Assembly: GCF_000803625.1 (NCBI RefSeq)
Contig: NZ_CP007496.1
Location: forward strand, 240,001-272,000
DNA: 32,000 nt
Reading direction: 5' to 3'
Origin: Candidatus Nanosynbacter lyticus
GTDB lineage: Bacteria; Patescibacteriota; Saccharimonadia; Saccharimonadales; Saccharimonadaceae
The translations under genes and the position numbers were made by a program. This document shows, piece after piece, positions 8,124 through 16,600 of this stretch (the first letter of the stretch is position 1; each line of letters opens with the position of its first letter). The notes under the pieces are model-generated. The model had not been told where the DNA came from. It saw only the letters and a list, made by a program, of their open reading frames with translations, and did no database searches.

Positions 8124-9076
8124 TGCTCTGGAGTTATTGATGGAGGTTGTGGTAGTTGTGAGGCTTCTGGCGTTTGCACGGGAGCGGTCTGTGGTTGGGC
8201 TACTTCTGCGCCAACCTGAGGCTCAACAGGTGTCTGGGCGACCTGGGGTGGCGTGACTGGGTTTGCCGGCTGGGCTATTGATGCTGGATTAGCGTCTAAT
8301 TCCCTAGCCATGAGCTGAGAGATATCAACAGAATTTTGCGAACTGTCAGCGGGTAGCGGTTGGATAATGCGGTCACCTAGTCCAGATGGGCGCGGCACCG
8401 ACGAAGAGAAAGGCGCTGTAGGTTGCGGTAATGTTGTTGGCTGTGCTGGCGGTGTCGGCATAGCTACTGGTGTTGGCTGCTGAACTGGTTGCGGTGCTTG
8501 AGCTTGTGACTGATAGGTTTGCTGTGTTTGTTGTGCAAACTGATTTGCTGTAGGTAATGTTGGTGTGATAGTTGGAGCGGTCTGTGGTTGTGGAGACAAT
8601 GAAGACACGTCGGGTCTAGTTATTGGTTGTGGTGCTGGAGCTTGTGGCTCTGGCGTATGTGCAGGAGCTGGCTGTGAAACTGGTACGGGATTTGTTCCGA
8701 CACCAGGCAAATCGCCTAAAGCCTCATGGACTGCCCTGACAACATCTTCAATGCCCACTTGAGATTTAACCAAATATCGATCAGCTCCAAGCTGTTCGCC
8801 ACGCTTTCGCTGGTCCTCTGAAGATAGGGCTGTCATGATGATTACTTTTACGTCTTTTGTTTCTGTCGTTGAGCGCAGAATGTCTAGCATATCAAAGCCG
8901 GAAATCTTTGGCATCATCACGTCACTTAAGATCAATTGCGGACGTTCTTTGATTGCCATGGCCAGAGCTTCTTCGCCGTCGCCCGCCGAAACGATATCGT
9001 AGCCCTCCGCCAAAAGCCGCACGCCGTAAATCTCACGTAAGCTTTTGTCGTCCTCGACCAATAAAATTTTTGTCAT
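8120..9076 (-). CDS. Response regulator receiver protein with a long Pro/Gln/Thr-rich C-terminal tail
   Basis: CheY-like: KILLVEDDKSLREIYGVRL, LILSDVMMPKISGFDML, KVIIMTALSS, LVKSQV. This is followed by ~190 aa of low complexity. Overlaps the rluB-like gene by 4 nt. Confidence 0.93.
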   Translation of the reverse strand: MTKILLVEDDKSLREIYGVRLLAEGYDIVSAGDGEEALAMAIKERPQLILSDVMMPKISGFDMLDILRSTTETKDVKVIIMTALSSEDQRKRGEQLGADRYLVKSQVGIEDVVRAVHEALGDLPGVGTNPVPVSQPAPAHTPEPQAPAPQPITRPDVSSLSPQPQTAPTITPTLPTANQFAQQTQQTYQSQAQAPQPVQQPTPVAMPTPPAQPTTLPQPTAPFSSSVPRPSGLGDRIIQPLPADSSQNSVDISQLMARELDANPASIAQPANPVTPPQVAQTPVEPQVGAEVAQPQTAPVQTPEASQLPQPPSITPEQ

Positions 9077-9128
9077 ATACCTATACTATACTGGAGTTTT
9101 GACAAAAAATCTATAGTACTTATGGCTA

Positions 9129-11087
9129 TTATTCGCGACCAGGAACTGATAGCTGCTGCCGGTTTCTCTTTATCTCTTCTTCAATTTCAGCCAGGGTTGG
9201 CTCGGTAGAAGTTTTAGGTGCTTGTAGATTTGCCGTTTGAGGTTCTGGGCTGGGTGTAGCCGACACCTGAGCAGAAACTGCGCCGTTGGTAATATCTGGA
9301 GATTCAATAATAGATTCTTCCGGCCGATTTTCAGGCTTAATTTCAATATTTTCAGCGGTAGCGGGAGATGGGTCTGCTTGGTCTGAGGATTCTGCGTTTA
9401 TGTTCTCCAAACGCTGAGTAGCTTCCGCGCTACTGACTCGTGGAATTTCTAGGTAAAATGTACTGCCCTCTTTATATTTACTCTCAACACGTAAGTTGCC
9501 TGACATTGTTTCAGCTAAGCGGCGGCTTAAGTACAGCCCCAAGCCGGTACCACCAATTTCGCGGGTGTCAGAATTGTCAACGCGATAAAATTTCTGGAAT
9601 AAATGCGGAATGTCCTCGGCGGGAATGCCTATGCCGCTATCTTTAACGCTTATAGAGATTTGCTTATCGTCACCAGTTATATCTACGGTGACATCTCCAG
9701 ATGGCGTGTATTTGATGGCGTTTTCTATAAGATTACTAGCAACCTCCCTAAAATGGTCAGGGTCAATATTAGCATAGAATATTGGCTGTAGCGATTTTTC
9801 TTTACCTTCGTCAATCGTGTCTGGAGCAAAGATATAATTTAGCTGCTTTTCGTTGGCTTTTGGCGCTAGTCCTTCAAAAATTTCTTTCAGGAATTCATTG
9901 ATATTGATAATCTTTGGATTATTTTTCATTCGGCCGTCTTCTACTTTACTAATGTCAAGTAGGTCTTGAAATAGCCGACCCAGATGCTGCGCTGATTCGT
10001 GGGCTTTAGTGATGAAGTCGCGCGCTTTTTCGTCGATATTGGCAGTGGCTGGATTTAAGGCTAATCCCAAATACCCTTCAATGGAGGCAACTGGTGTGCG
10101 CATCTCGTGGCTGGCGGTAGAAATGAATTCAGCCTGCTCACGTTCTTCGGCCTTTTCTTTGGTAATGTCTCGGAATACCACAATAACCCCTTCTCCGTCT
10201 GTGCCAACCGGAGAGCTGACTACTGAAACAAGGATTCGTTTTTCGGAACTGGTTAATAGGAAGAATTTATCACTGTGGGCTGGCTGGTTTTTAGATAAAG
10301 ATTGAGAGATTGGATTTTCAAGCTCGTCAACTTCCTTGCCATCTGAAGCAACCAGTTTCAGAACGCTTTTCCAATTCAGCCCAAGCGCGTCGCCTTGCTC
10401 CCAGCCGATAATTTGTTGAGCTGATGGGTTGATTAGTTCAATATTGCCGTCTTTAGAAATAGCCAGAACGCCGTCATTGATAGCATTGATAACTACATCA
10501 GATTTACCTTCAACGGCAGAGAGCTTATTCTCTAGGTTAGACACACTATTATCACTCTGCTGGCGGCGACCCCAGAGAATAAGACTAAATATTAGAGGCA
10601 GGAATCCAAAAAATATATGTCCAATGATAAACTGCGTATTTATGCCACTCTGGGTGACGAAGGCGATGATTTGCAAGACTACCAGAAGCGCCATTATGCC
10701 TAGAATAGCTATACCAAAGAATCCAGCGAAAATTGCCACAATGATCCACATCGCTAAAAATGGCGAGACGACGCCACCACTAGTAATGATGGTGACGGCG
10801 CTTACGGCGACGGTTAATAAATATACAAAAATACCGACACTGGTTTCGTGTTTTTTAGGCAGCCAGAAACATAGAATAAGCATAATTAAGCTACCGATTG
10901 CTGCTACTCCAGCCGCTTTGTCAGAGACGGATAGGCCTATCGGCAGTTGATAGCCTGTAGGAATAAACCTTGCCCATGCGTATAACAGAATAATCGTAAA
11001 ACAACTTAATAGTGCTACTTCACACAACCGCCTTAACCAAAATCTGGAAATTGTGTGAGGCTTACAGCAAATCCCGCCCTTTTTCAT
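9129..11087 (-). CDS. Membrane sensor histidine kinase (multi-TM, PAS, HisKA, HATPase_c) with a disordered tail
   Basis: TM-rich N-terminus, PAS-like NGNIELINPSAQQIIGWEQGDALG, H-box ISTASHEMRTPVASIEGYLGLAL, N-box NLIENAIKYTPSG, GIGIPAEDIPHLFQKFYRVD, GGTGLGLYLSRRLAE. Confidence 0.95.
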   Translation of the reverse strand: MKKGGICCKPHTISRFWLRRLCEVALLSCFTIILLYAWARFIPTGYQLPIGLSVSDKAAGVAAIGSLIMLILCFWLPKKHETSVGIFVYLLTVAVSAVTIITSGGVVSPFLAMWIIVAIFAGFFGIAILGIMALLVVLQIIAFVTQSGINTQFIIGHIFFGFLPLIFSLILWGRRQQSDNSVSNLENKLSAVEGKSDVVINAINDGVLAISKDGNIELINPSAQQIIGWEQGDALGLNWKSVLKLVASDGKEVDELENPISQSLSKNQPAHSDKFFLLTSSEKRILVSVVSSPVGTDGEGVIVVFRDITKEKAEEREQAEFISTASHEMRTPVASIEGYLGLALNPATANIDEKARDFITKAHESAQHLGRLFQDLLDISKVEDGRMKNNPKIININEFLKEIFEGLAPKANEKQLNYIFAPDTIDEGKEKSLQPIFYANIDPDHFREVASNLIENAIKYTPSGDVTVDITGDDKQISISVKDSGIGIPAEDIPHLFQKFYRVDNSDTREIGGTGLGLYLSRRLAETMSGNLRVESKYKEGSTFYLEIPRVSSAEATQRLENINAESSDQADPSPATAENIEIKPENRPEESIIESPDITNGAVSAQVSATPSPEPQTANLQAPKTSTEPTLAEIEEEIKRNRQQLSVPGRE

Positions 11088-11146
11088 ACCTTTTATTATG
11101 GCGAATTTTCAGGAAAATCTCAAGAGTTATGTGGTATAGTAATTGC

Positions 11147-12355
11147 ATGAATAATGATTTGGATCGGAATCAAAATGATAATCTCACAAATAATGAATCG
11201 CCCACCCTGCCTAATGCTGGAAATGTAAAAGATCAACAAACTTCTATGGAATCCTCAACAGCCACGGGTCCTTCGTTTGATAAGAGTATGGATAAGAATA
11301 AAGCATTTAAGTATGCAGTATTTTATGTGATTATTTCTGTTATTGCGATATTTGCGGGGATTTATATTTTTGGGCAAGGGTTAAGTAATCGTGGTGATAA
11401 TTTTGGGAATTATAGCGTTTTCTTAGCTACTGAATTTTTGGTCATTGGCGTTATATATAGCTCTCTGCTTTTGGCTGGATCTATGATCATACAATATAAA
11501 AAAGGGCGCTACCATTTCATCGACCGGGCGGTGAAGAATAGTCCCAAGGCTGCTTTTTATGCTGCAATAGCTGTAGTGATATTCTTAACGTTGCTCTGGG
11601 GGTCTGATAGACCTATGACAATATTCACACTCCTTCTCTCTCCTGTCGCCGCTTTTGCTTCCGCTCTGGAGATTATTAATGAAGAGTCGGTGCGACGATA
11701 TGCCATTAATATGTCGATTACTGATGGAAAAATAGAGAAAAAACACGCCCTTTTATATACCATAATTTACATAATTCTCTGTCTTCTTGTGCCGGTGTTT
11801 TTTGCTATTGTTGTATTTGATAGTCGTGATGTACTATATGCTGGTGCTGGATTAGCGTCGCTCGTTGAGGTCATATTTCCTATTGCGGCTATGATTATAG
11901 GGATGCTTATCTGTATTTCGATTTATTGGTATCAATCTGGGCGGTATTGGATTGCGAATTATCTAGTGAAAAACGGCAAATTAGTTAACTCATTTTTTAC
12001 CGCTATAATTTTTTACACGATTATGTCTTTCTTGAGCCCGTCAGCTGATATGGAAGATAAATATTCAATAATATGGCTTCCTATATCTTTGATGTTCTTG
12101 TTTTTTAAATTTATTGCCTTAATCAGCCCGCTGGTGGCGCTAGCGTATGTCTCTTGGATTACAGCGTCGTGTTATATAGGAGGTCGTCGCATAAAGTCTA
12201 TTGAAGAGAACGTAGAAAAACGTCATTTAGATTATGCGGAGCATTACGAGAATCAACCACTTTCATATAAGTGGATCAAGCCTATGATCATTACCATTAT
12301 TGCGATTATCGTCTTGCTTGCAATACTGATTCCGTTATTAATTGCGATAGGATAA
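11147..12355 (+). CDS. Multi-TM hypothetical membrane protein (paralogue A)
   Basis: Start taken as ATG 11147 (MNNDLDRNQNDN...), 6 nt after TATAGT. Low-complexity N-terminus followed by ~9-10 hydrophobic segments. Confidence 0.75.
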   Translation: MNNDLDRNQNDNLTNNESPTLPNAGNVKDQQTSMESSTATGPSFDKSMDKNKAFKYAVFYVIISVIAIFAGIYIFGQGLSNRGDNFGNYSVFLATEFLVIGVIYSSLLLAGSMIIQYKKGRYHFIDRAVKNSPKAAFYAAIAVVIFLTLLWGSDRPMTIFTLLLSPVAAFASALEIINEESVRRYAINMSITDGKIEKKHALLYTIIYIILCLLVPVFFAIVVFDSRDVLYAGAGLASLVEVIFPIAAMIIGMLICISIYWYQSGRYWIANYLVKNGKLVNSFFTAIIFYTIMSFLSPSADMEDKYSIIWLPISLMFLFFKFIALISPLVALAYVSWITASCYIGGRRIKSIEENVEKRHLDYAEHYENQPLSYKWIKPMIITIIAIIVLLAILIPLLIAIG

Positions 12356-12390
12356 TAATTTGAAAATATAATAGTCAGGAGAATAATTCT

Positions 12391-13383
12391 ATGAATAATG
12401 ATCAATATAATAACCGAAACAATAATCCCGACGTAAGCAATGCACCAAACTATGGCAATACGGAGAAAAAGAGAGCCTTCAACCGTGTTGTACTCTTTTC
12501 TATAATATTTACTATCATTATACTATTGGGGGTTTACGTGTCAGTGCGAGGATTAGGGCAGTATGACAGATACGTCCTTTTCTTGACAGAAATCATTCTG
12601 ACTACATCTATGGCTAGCTCTCTGTTACTGATTAGTTTTATGATTAGGTGGTATAGGGGTGGTGATTATCAAAATGTTAACAAAATGGTAAAGGATAGCC
12701 CAAGGGCGGTAATCTACTCTTCTGTGTTGTCGGTAATAGTTTTTATGGCACTTTGGTTATACGGTAAGTCTATACCAGTAGATGTCTTGGTGCTTTTTCC
12801 TGTAATCATCTTTTCTGTTGAGCTGTTGAGCTGTTCTTTGCCGACGCCTATGGATATAATTGACCTATTAGCAAATAGTTCGTTTCCGCGCGAGGAGGAT
12901 ATGGATGAGTGGCAGCGTGTTGATGTACGTCCTACTAAAGATATGAAGAATAAGGCTCTTAGGCGAACTGCGGTCTTTGTGATAATTTGTCTCATCTCGG
13001 TGGGTTCCACTAGTACCTTATTGGGTATACTTAAGTCGTTTGCTGGTCCTTTGGGCTATATATTAGAAGCATTAGGATTGTATATATTAATGCTTGCTTG
13101 CATTTCAATCTATTGGTATAAAACTGGACGATATTGGATTACTGATAAAGTTTCAAAAGTCTTGACTGCCATTGGACGTGCGACGGTCATATTTTATGTA
13201 TTAGTCGTTTTCTTACGATTCGGGCTATTTTTCCCCATTGCCAATAAAGACGTATTCATCGTAAAGGTCTTGTCGACTATTGATATGATCAATTTTAATT
13301 TCTCTCCTATTGTTATTTTTCTGGTCGTTTTAATATATAGCTCTTGGGCTATGCTGTCTTATCATAAAAAAGTCGACGTCTAA
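12391..13383 (+). CDS. Multi-TM hypothetical membrane protein (paralogue B)
   Basis: AGGAG upstream of ATG. Same layout as the preceding gene (MNNDQ N-terminus, FLTEIILTTSMASSLLLISFMIRWYRGG, ISIYWYKTGRYWI). Confidence 0.75.
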   Translation: MNNDQYNNRNNNPDVSNAPNYGNTEKKRAFNRVVLFSIIFTIIILLGVYVSVRGLGQYDRYVLFLTEIILTTSMASSLLLISFMIRWYRGGDYQNVNKMVKDSPRAVIYSSVLSVIVFMALWLYGKSIPVDVLVLFPVIIFSVELLSCSLPTPMDIIDLLANSSFPREEDMDEWQRVDVRPTKDMKNKALRRTAVFVIICLISVGSTSTLLGILKSFAGPLGYILEALGLYILMLACISIYWYKTGRYWITDKVSKVLTAIGRATVIFYVLVVFLRFGLFFPIANKDVFIVKVLSTIDMINFNFSPIVIFLVVLIYSSWAMLSYHKKVDV

Positions 13384-13396
13384 CATAGAGAAAAAG

Positions 13397-13426
13397 TAGA
13401 CAAACCCTCCCTTTCTATGGTATAAT
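13397..13426 (+). promoter_or_regulatory. Promoter of tRNA-Glu
   Basis: TAGACA (13397-13402), 18-bp spacer, extended TGGTATAAT with -10 at 13421-13426. Confidence 0.7.
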
Positions 13427-13438
13427 CCATGGAGTTAC

Positions 13439-13513
13439 GGCCCTATCGTCTAGCGGTTAGGACACCAGGTTCTCATCCTGGCAACCCGGGTTCGATTCCC
13501 GGTGGGGTCACCA
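13439..13513 (+). tRNA. tRNA-Glu (anticodon CTC), CCA encoded
   Basis: GGCCCTA...CCAGG-TTCTCAT-CCTGG...CCGGG-TTCGATT-CCCGG...TGGGGTC-A-CCA folds as a cloverleaf. Confidence 0.96.
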
Positions 13514-13523
13514 AAAATATTTT

Positions 13524-13548
13524 GGCGGAGCTTTTTCCGTCTTTTTTA
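13524..13548 (+). terminator. Rho-independent terminator after tRNA-Glu
   Basis: GGCGGA-GCTTTT-TCCGTC followed by TTTTTT. Confidence 0.65.
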
Positions 13549-13549
13549 T

Positions 13550-13933
13550 TTATGATTTATCATTGTCCATCTGCTTAACGACTTCAATGAGGTTGCGTGG
13601 CGTAATGTCGGCTTTAATCAGATAGCCATCGACGCGACCCATCACAGACTTGCGAGAAGACTCATCTTGCTCGAAATTAGTCATAATCAGCACCTTGCTA
13701 TTTGGGATTAGATCGACATCATTATTACGGAGTGAATTTAAAATCTGATCACCGCGCTGCTCTGGCAGCATCAAGTCCAGAATAATTAGATCAAATTGCT
13801 GATTACGCGCTGCTACCAGCCCATCATTGCCGTCAACCACCCATGTTACATCATAGCCGGCTTTTTGCAGACTTCTGACATACATTTCGCCAATAAATCG
13901 GTCATCTTCTACGCATAAAATTGTCTTTATCAT
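13550..13933 (-). CDS. Single-domain response regulator
   Basis: CheY-like TILCVEDDRFIGEMYVRSL, DLIILDLMLPEQRGDQIL, KVLIMTNFE, GYLIKAD. No output domain. Confidence 0.93.
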   Translation of the reverse strand: MIKTILCVEDDRFIGEMYVRSLQKAGYDVTWVVDGNDGLVAARNQQFDLIILDLMLPEQRGDQILNSLRNNDVDLIPNSKVLIMTNFEQDESSRKSVMGRVDGYLIKADITPRNLIEVVKQMDNDKS

Positions 13934-13941
13934 AATTCCTC

Positions 13942-15465
13942 CTAACCCTTGTACATGGCGTGATTTTTTATCCAGCCGCCGCCCTTTCGTATCAATTGAT
14001 TATTTAATTGGCCGTCTTCTAGCAATTTATCTTTAACTGTGGCGTAAATTGGTAGGGTAAATGAGAAAACTGAGCCTTCATTCTCACGGGAGCGAGCAGT
14101 AATCGAACCGCCATGCGATTCTACGAAAGCCTTGCAAATGTAAAGGCCAATACCCGTGCCGGCTACAGCTTCACGTGATCGATGTGAGCGGTAAAACTTG
14201 TGGAATAGATTATTTACAACGTTAGCGGGCATTCCAATTCCGTTGTCAGCTACGGATATTTCTACGAAGTCACCCTTTTTCTCTGCCGAGACGGTCACGG
14301 ATCCGCCCTCAAAACTATATTTAATAGCGTTATCAATTAGATTACCGATTACTTCCCCGATGCTGCCATGATCAGCAGCCACAGTCGGTAAATCTTCTGG
14401 AATATTGACACTAAGTAGGCGGTGCTGGGTCGAGGCACGTAGCTGCATATCGTCAGAGATTGAGGCGTAAATATTCGAAACGGTATCTTCCAGGAGGTAG
14501 ACCTTCAGATGATGTCTATCAAATCGTGCTACATTAAGGATATTGTCGACGTAGCTTGATAGGCGGTTAGCAGACACCGTTAACCTTTCAAGCAGCTGTT
14601 GCTCGTCACCCTGCAGTCGCCCAGCAAATTCTTCAGTGATAATATCCAGATAGCCTCGAATAACAGTAATCGGACCACGAAGCTCATGGGCGGCAAATGA
14701 TATGAAATTAAGGTCCTCTTCTTCTGGTAAATAATTGTCAGACTTATCGATGAGGAAAATAACAGTCTCTGCAACAGTGCCTTTTTCAAATGAGGCCACA
14801 ACATCAAAAATGCGTGAATTTTGGATGATATCGGGGTTAGTGCTGATACGGCGCCAACGTCGTTCTGCTTTAATTTTTTCGTTAGAAATCTCGTGGAGCC
14901 AGTCGGAAATTGTTGGTTCGTTGATGAAGTCTAGCGCCAAAAAATCTTCGCCATTGGAGTTTCGAGAAATCGGCGCGGCGGAATTAGCAAAGATAATTTT
15001 TTGATTTTTATCAAGTATGATGACGCCGGTGCTGGTTTGGTTGAGGCCTTGAACGAGCGGAGTTTTTAGATTATCTGTAGATGTGGGCTTTTTTTCTGGT
15101 TGGTAGTCGCCATAAATTGCCTGAAGGGCGGTCTTAAATCCAGTTTTTTCGTAACGTTTGTCATTGGGTCGGGGTGGAGTATCGGTGGTTAGCTCGCCAA
15201 TCTTATGAGACAAAGCGGCTAATATTTTATTAAGCGGAGCGGTGATAATTTTAACGATGGAAATTGAGGATATAATCTGTAAGATCGCTGTTATGAGGAC
15301 GATAATCCAGAAGTTTAGATGAGAAATAGATAATCCTGTGAGATGAAGAGTAGTGGCTAGTCCTAGTATCACGCAGGCATTTGCTGACAATAATACGAGT
15401 ATGACTTTTTGATAGTAATATTGTTTGTATTCTCTTAGGGTTTTGGATTTTGGGTCTATTGCCAT
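13942..15465 (-). CDS. Sensor histidine kinase
   Basis: Two N-terminal TMs, PAS-like region, FISFAAHELRGPITVIRGYL, NLIDNAIKYSFEGG, GIGMPANVVNNLFHKFYR, GTGIGLYICKAFVE. Confidence 0.94.
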   Translation of the reverse strand: MAIDPKSKTLREYKQYYYQKVILVLLSANACVILGLATTLHLTGLSISHLNFWIIVLITAILQIISSISIVKIITAPLNKILAALSHKIGELTTDTPPRPNDKRYEKTGFKTALQAIYGDYQPEKKPTSTDNLKTPLVQGLNQTSTGVIILDKNQKIIFANSAAPISRNSNGEDFLALDFINEPTISDWLHEISNEKIKAERRWRRISTNPDIIQNSRIFDVVASFEKGTVAETVIFLIDKSDNYLPEEEDLNFISFAAHELRGPITVIRGYLDIITEEFAGRLQGDEQQLLERLTVSANRLSSYVDNILNVARFDRHHLKVYLLEDTVSNIYASISDDMQLRASTQHRLLSVNIPEDLPTVAADHGSIGEVIGNLIDNAIKYSFEGGSVTVSAEKKGDFVEISVADNGIGMPANVVNNLFHKFYRSHRSREAVAGTGIGLYICKAFVESHGGSITARSRENEGSVFSFTLPIYATVKDKLLEDGQLNNQLIRKGGGWIKNHAMYKG

Positions 15466-16562
15466 GAAACGCCTCCCCTACCTGGAGTGAAGGCTGCGAT
15501 CCAAGTCTGACCGCGATTCAAGGCAATATTCTTCCCGGATTCGTCAGTCAATTTCAGGGGTGAATTGATGTCTGCCTTTGACCAAGTTGCAGTAGTGACC
15601 ATGCCGTTTTGGAAAATATAGGCTTTGCCGCTACCAGTGGTTTTGGCGTCCTCGTAGCCGTCGGAATTTTGAGCGCGAGCTTCGACGCCGACTTCTATGG
15701 CGACTACGACCTTTGGGGCAATTTGCCCGTCTTCACGATCAGTGTGTGGTGCGCCAGCCATACTCCTGACGTAAGAATTTGATTCTTTATGGTAAGTGTA
15801 TGAGGTGTTGTAGGAGTATCCGCTGAGGTTTATAGCTATTTTTGTGGCATTTGGTGTCTCGGCTGGTTTTCCGTCCGTGCGGGTGAAGCTAGTGAATTCG
15901 GATTTGATGTATCCCTTAGCGCTGTTTAATTGGTCTATTCTTTCTCCTGATGTGTAGATGTTATGCGGCGCGTAACGGTCGCGGACTCGCCAGTAATAGC
16001 CGCCATTAAAGAATTGATCGATGTCGCGGTAGCTACCATTTCTGACCTGAGCTAGTGCATTAGGGCTGCCGCCAACGTGGGCGACCGAGGCTTGATACGA
16101 TGCTGCCCAACTGAGGTAATATAGCCTCAGGCTTCTGACGGGCCCGATTAGCGCTGGCTTTTCTCCTTGATATAGGGCTATAAATCTAGTTATACCACCC
16201 TCTGCTACTGCCTCGTAAATCACACCAGCTTTTTTCAAGCCAGATTGTGGCCGAGCGGCCGGGCTGTTCTCTATCATCACTCCAGTAACGGGCTGCTTTG
16301 TGGCGTTTTCATCAGCTACTTCTATACCAGTTAGGGGTGAGTAAAACTTTTTTGGTGTAGCTTTTTTCTTTGGTATTTGTAAATCTGTACTGGCAGTCTG
16401 CTCATATTTTATGGAATAAATAGCAATTAGAAAAACTCCAGTAATAACTACCGCACTGGAAATTAGTGCAATTGCTAAAATGTGTTTTTTTGCCCACTCT
16501 TTTATCTGTTTCCGGCGGGATTCCTTTTTTCGTCCAGATTTATCTAATTTTTCTATATTCAT
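15456..16562 (-). CDS. DUF3048 family protein (YerB-like), membrane-anchored
   Basis: One N-terminal TM, SPLTGIEV, VTGVMIENSPAARPQSGLKKAGVIYEAVAEGGITRFIALYQ, VGPVRS-like IGPVRSLRLYYL. Overlaps the kinase start by 10 nt. Confidence 0.9.
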   Translation of the reverse strand: MNIEKLDKSGRKKESRRKQIKEWAKKHILAIALISSAVVITGVFLIAIYSIKYEQTASTDLQIPKKKATPKKFYSPLTGIEVADENATKQPVTGVMIENSPAARPQSGLKKAGVIYEAVAEGGITRFIALYQGEKPALIGPVRSLRLYYLSWAASYQASVAHVGGSPNALAQVRNGSYRDIDQFFNGGYYWRVRDRYAPHNIYTSGERIDQLNSAKGYIKSEFTSFTRTDGKPAETPNATKIAINLSGYSYNTSYTYHKESNSYVRSMAGAPHTDREDGQIAPKVVVAIEVGVEARAQNSDGYEDAKTTGSGKAYIFQNGMVTTATWSKADINSPLKLTDESGKNIALNRGQTWIAAFTPGRGGVSWQ

Positions 16563-16600
16563 GCTTATGCTTAGTATAGCATTTTCGGCGCATGAATAAA

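Noticed and set aside
11012-11146. 45-residue N-terminal extension (MLLHTTALTKIWK...) of the membrane protein ORF
   Set aside because: It overlaps the divergent histidine kinase start. ATG 11147 has a -10 box at the recurring 6-nt distance and the MNND start shared with its paralogue.
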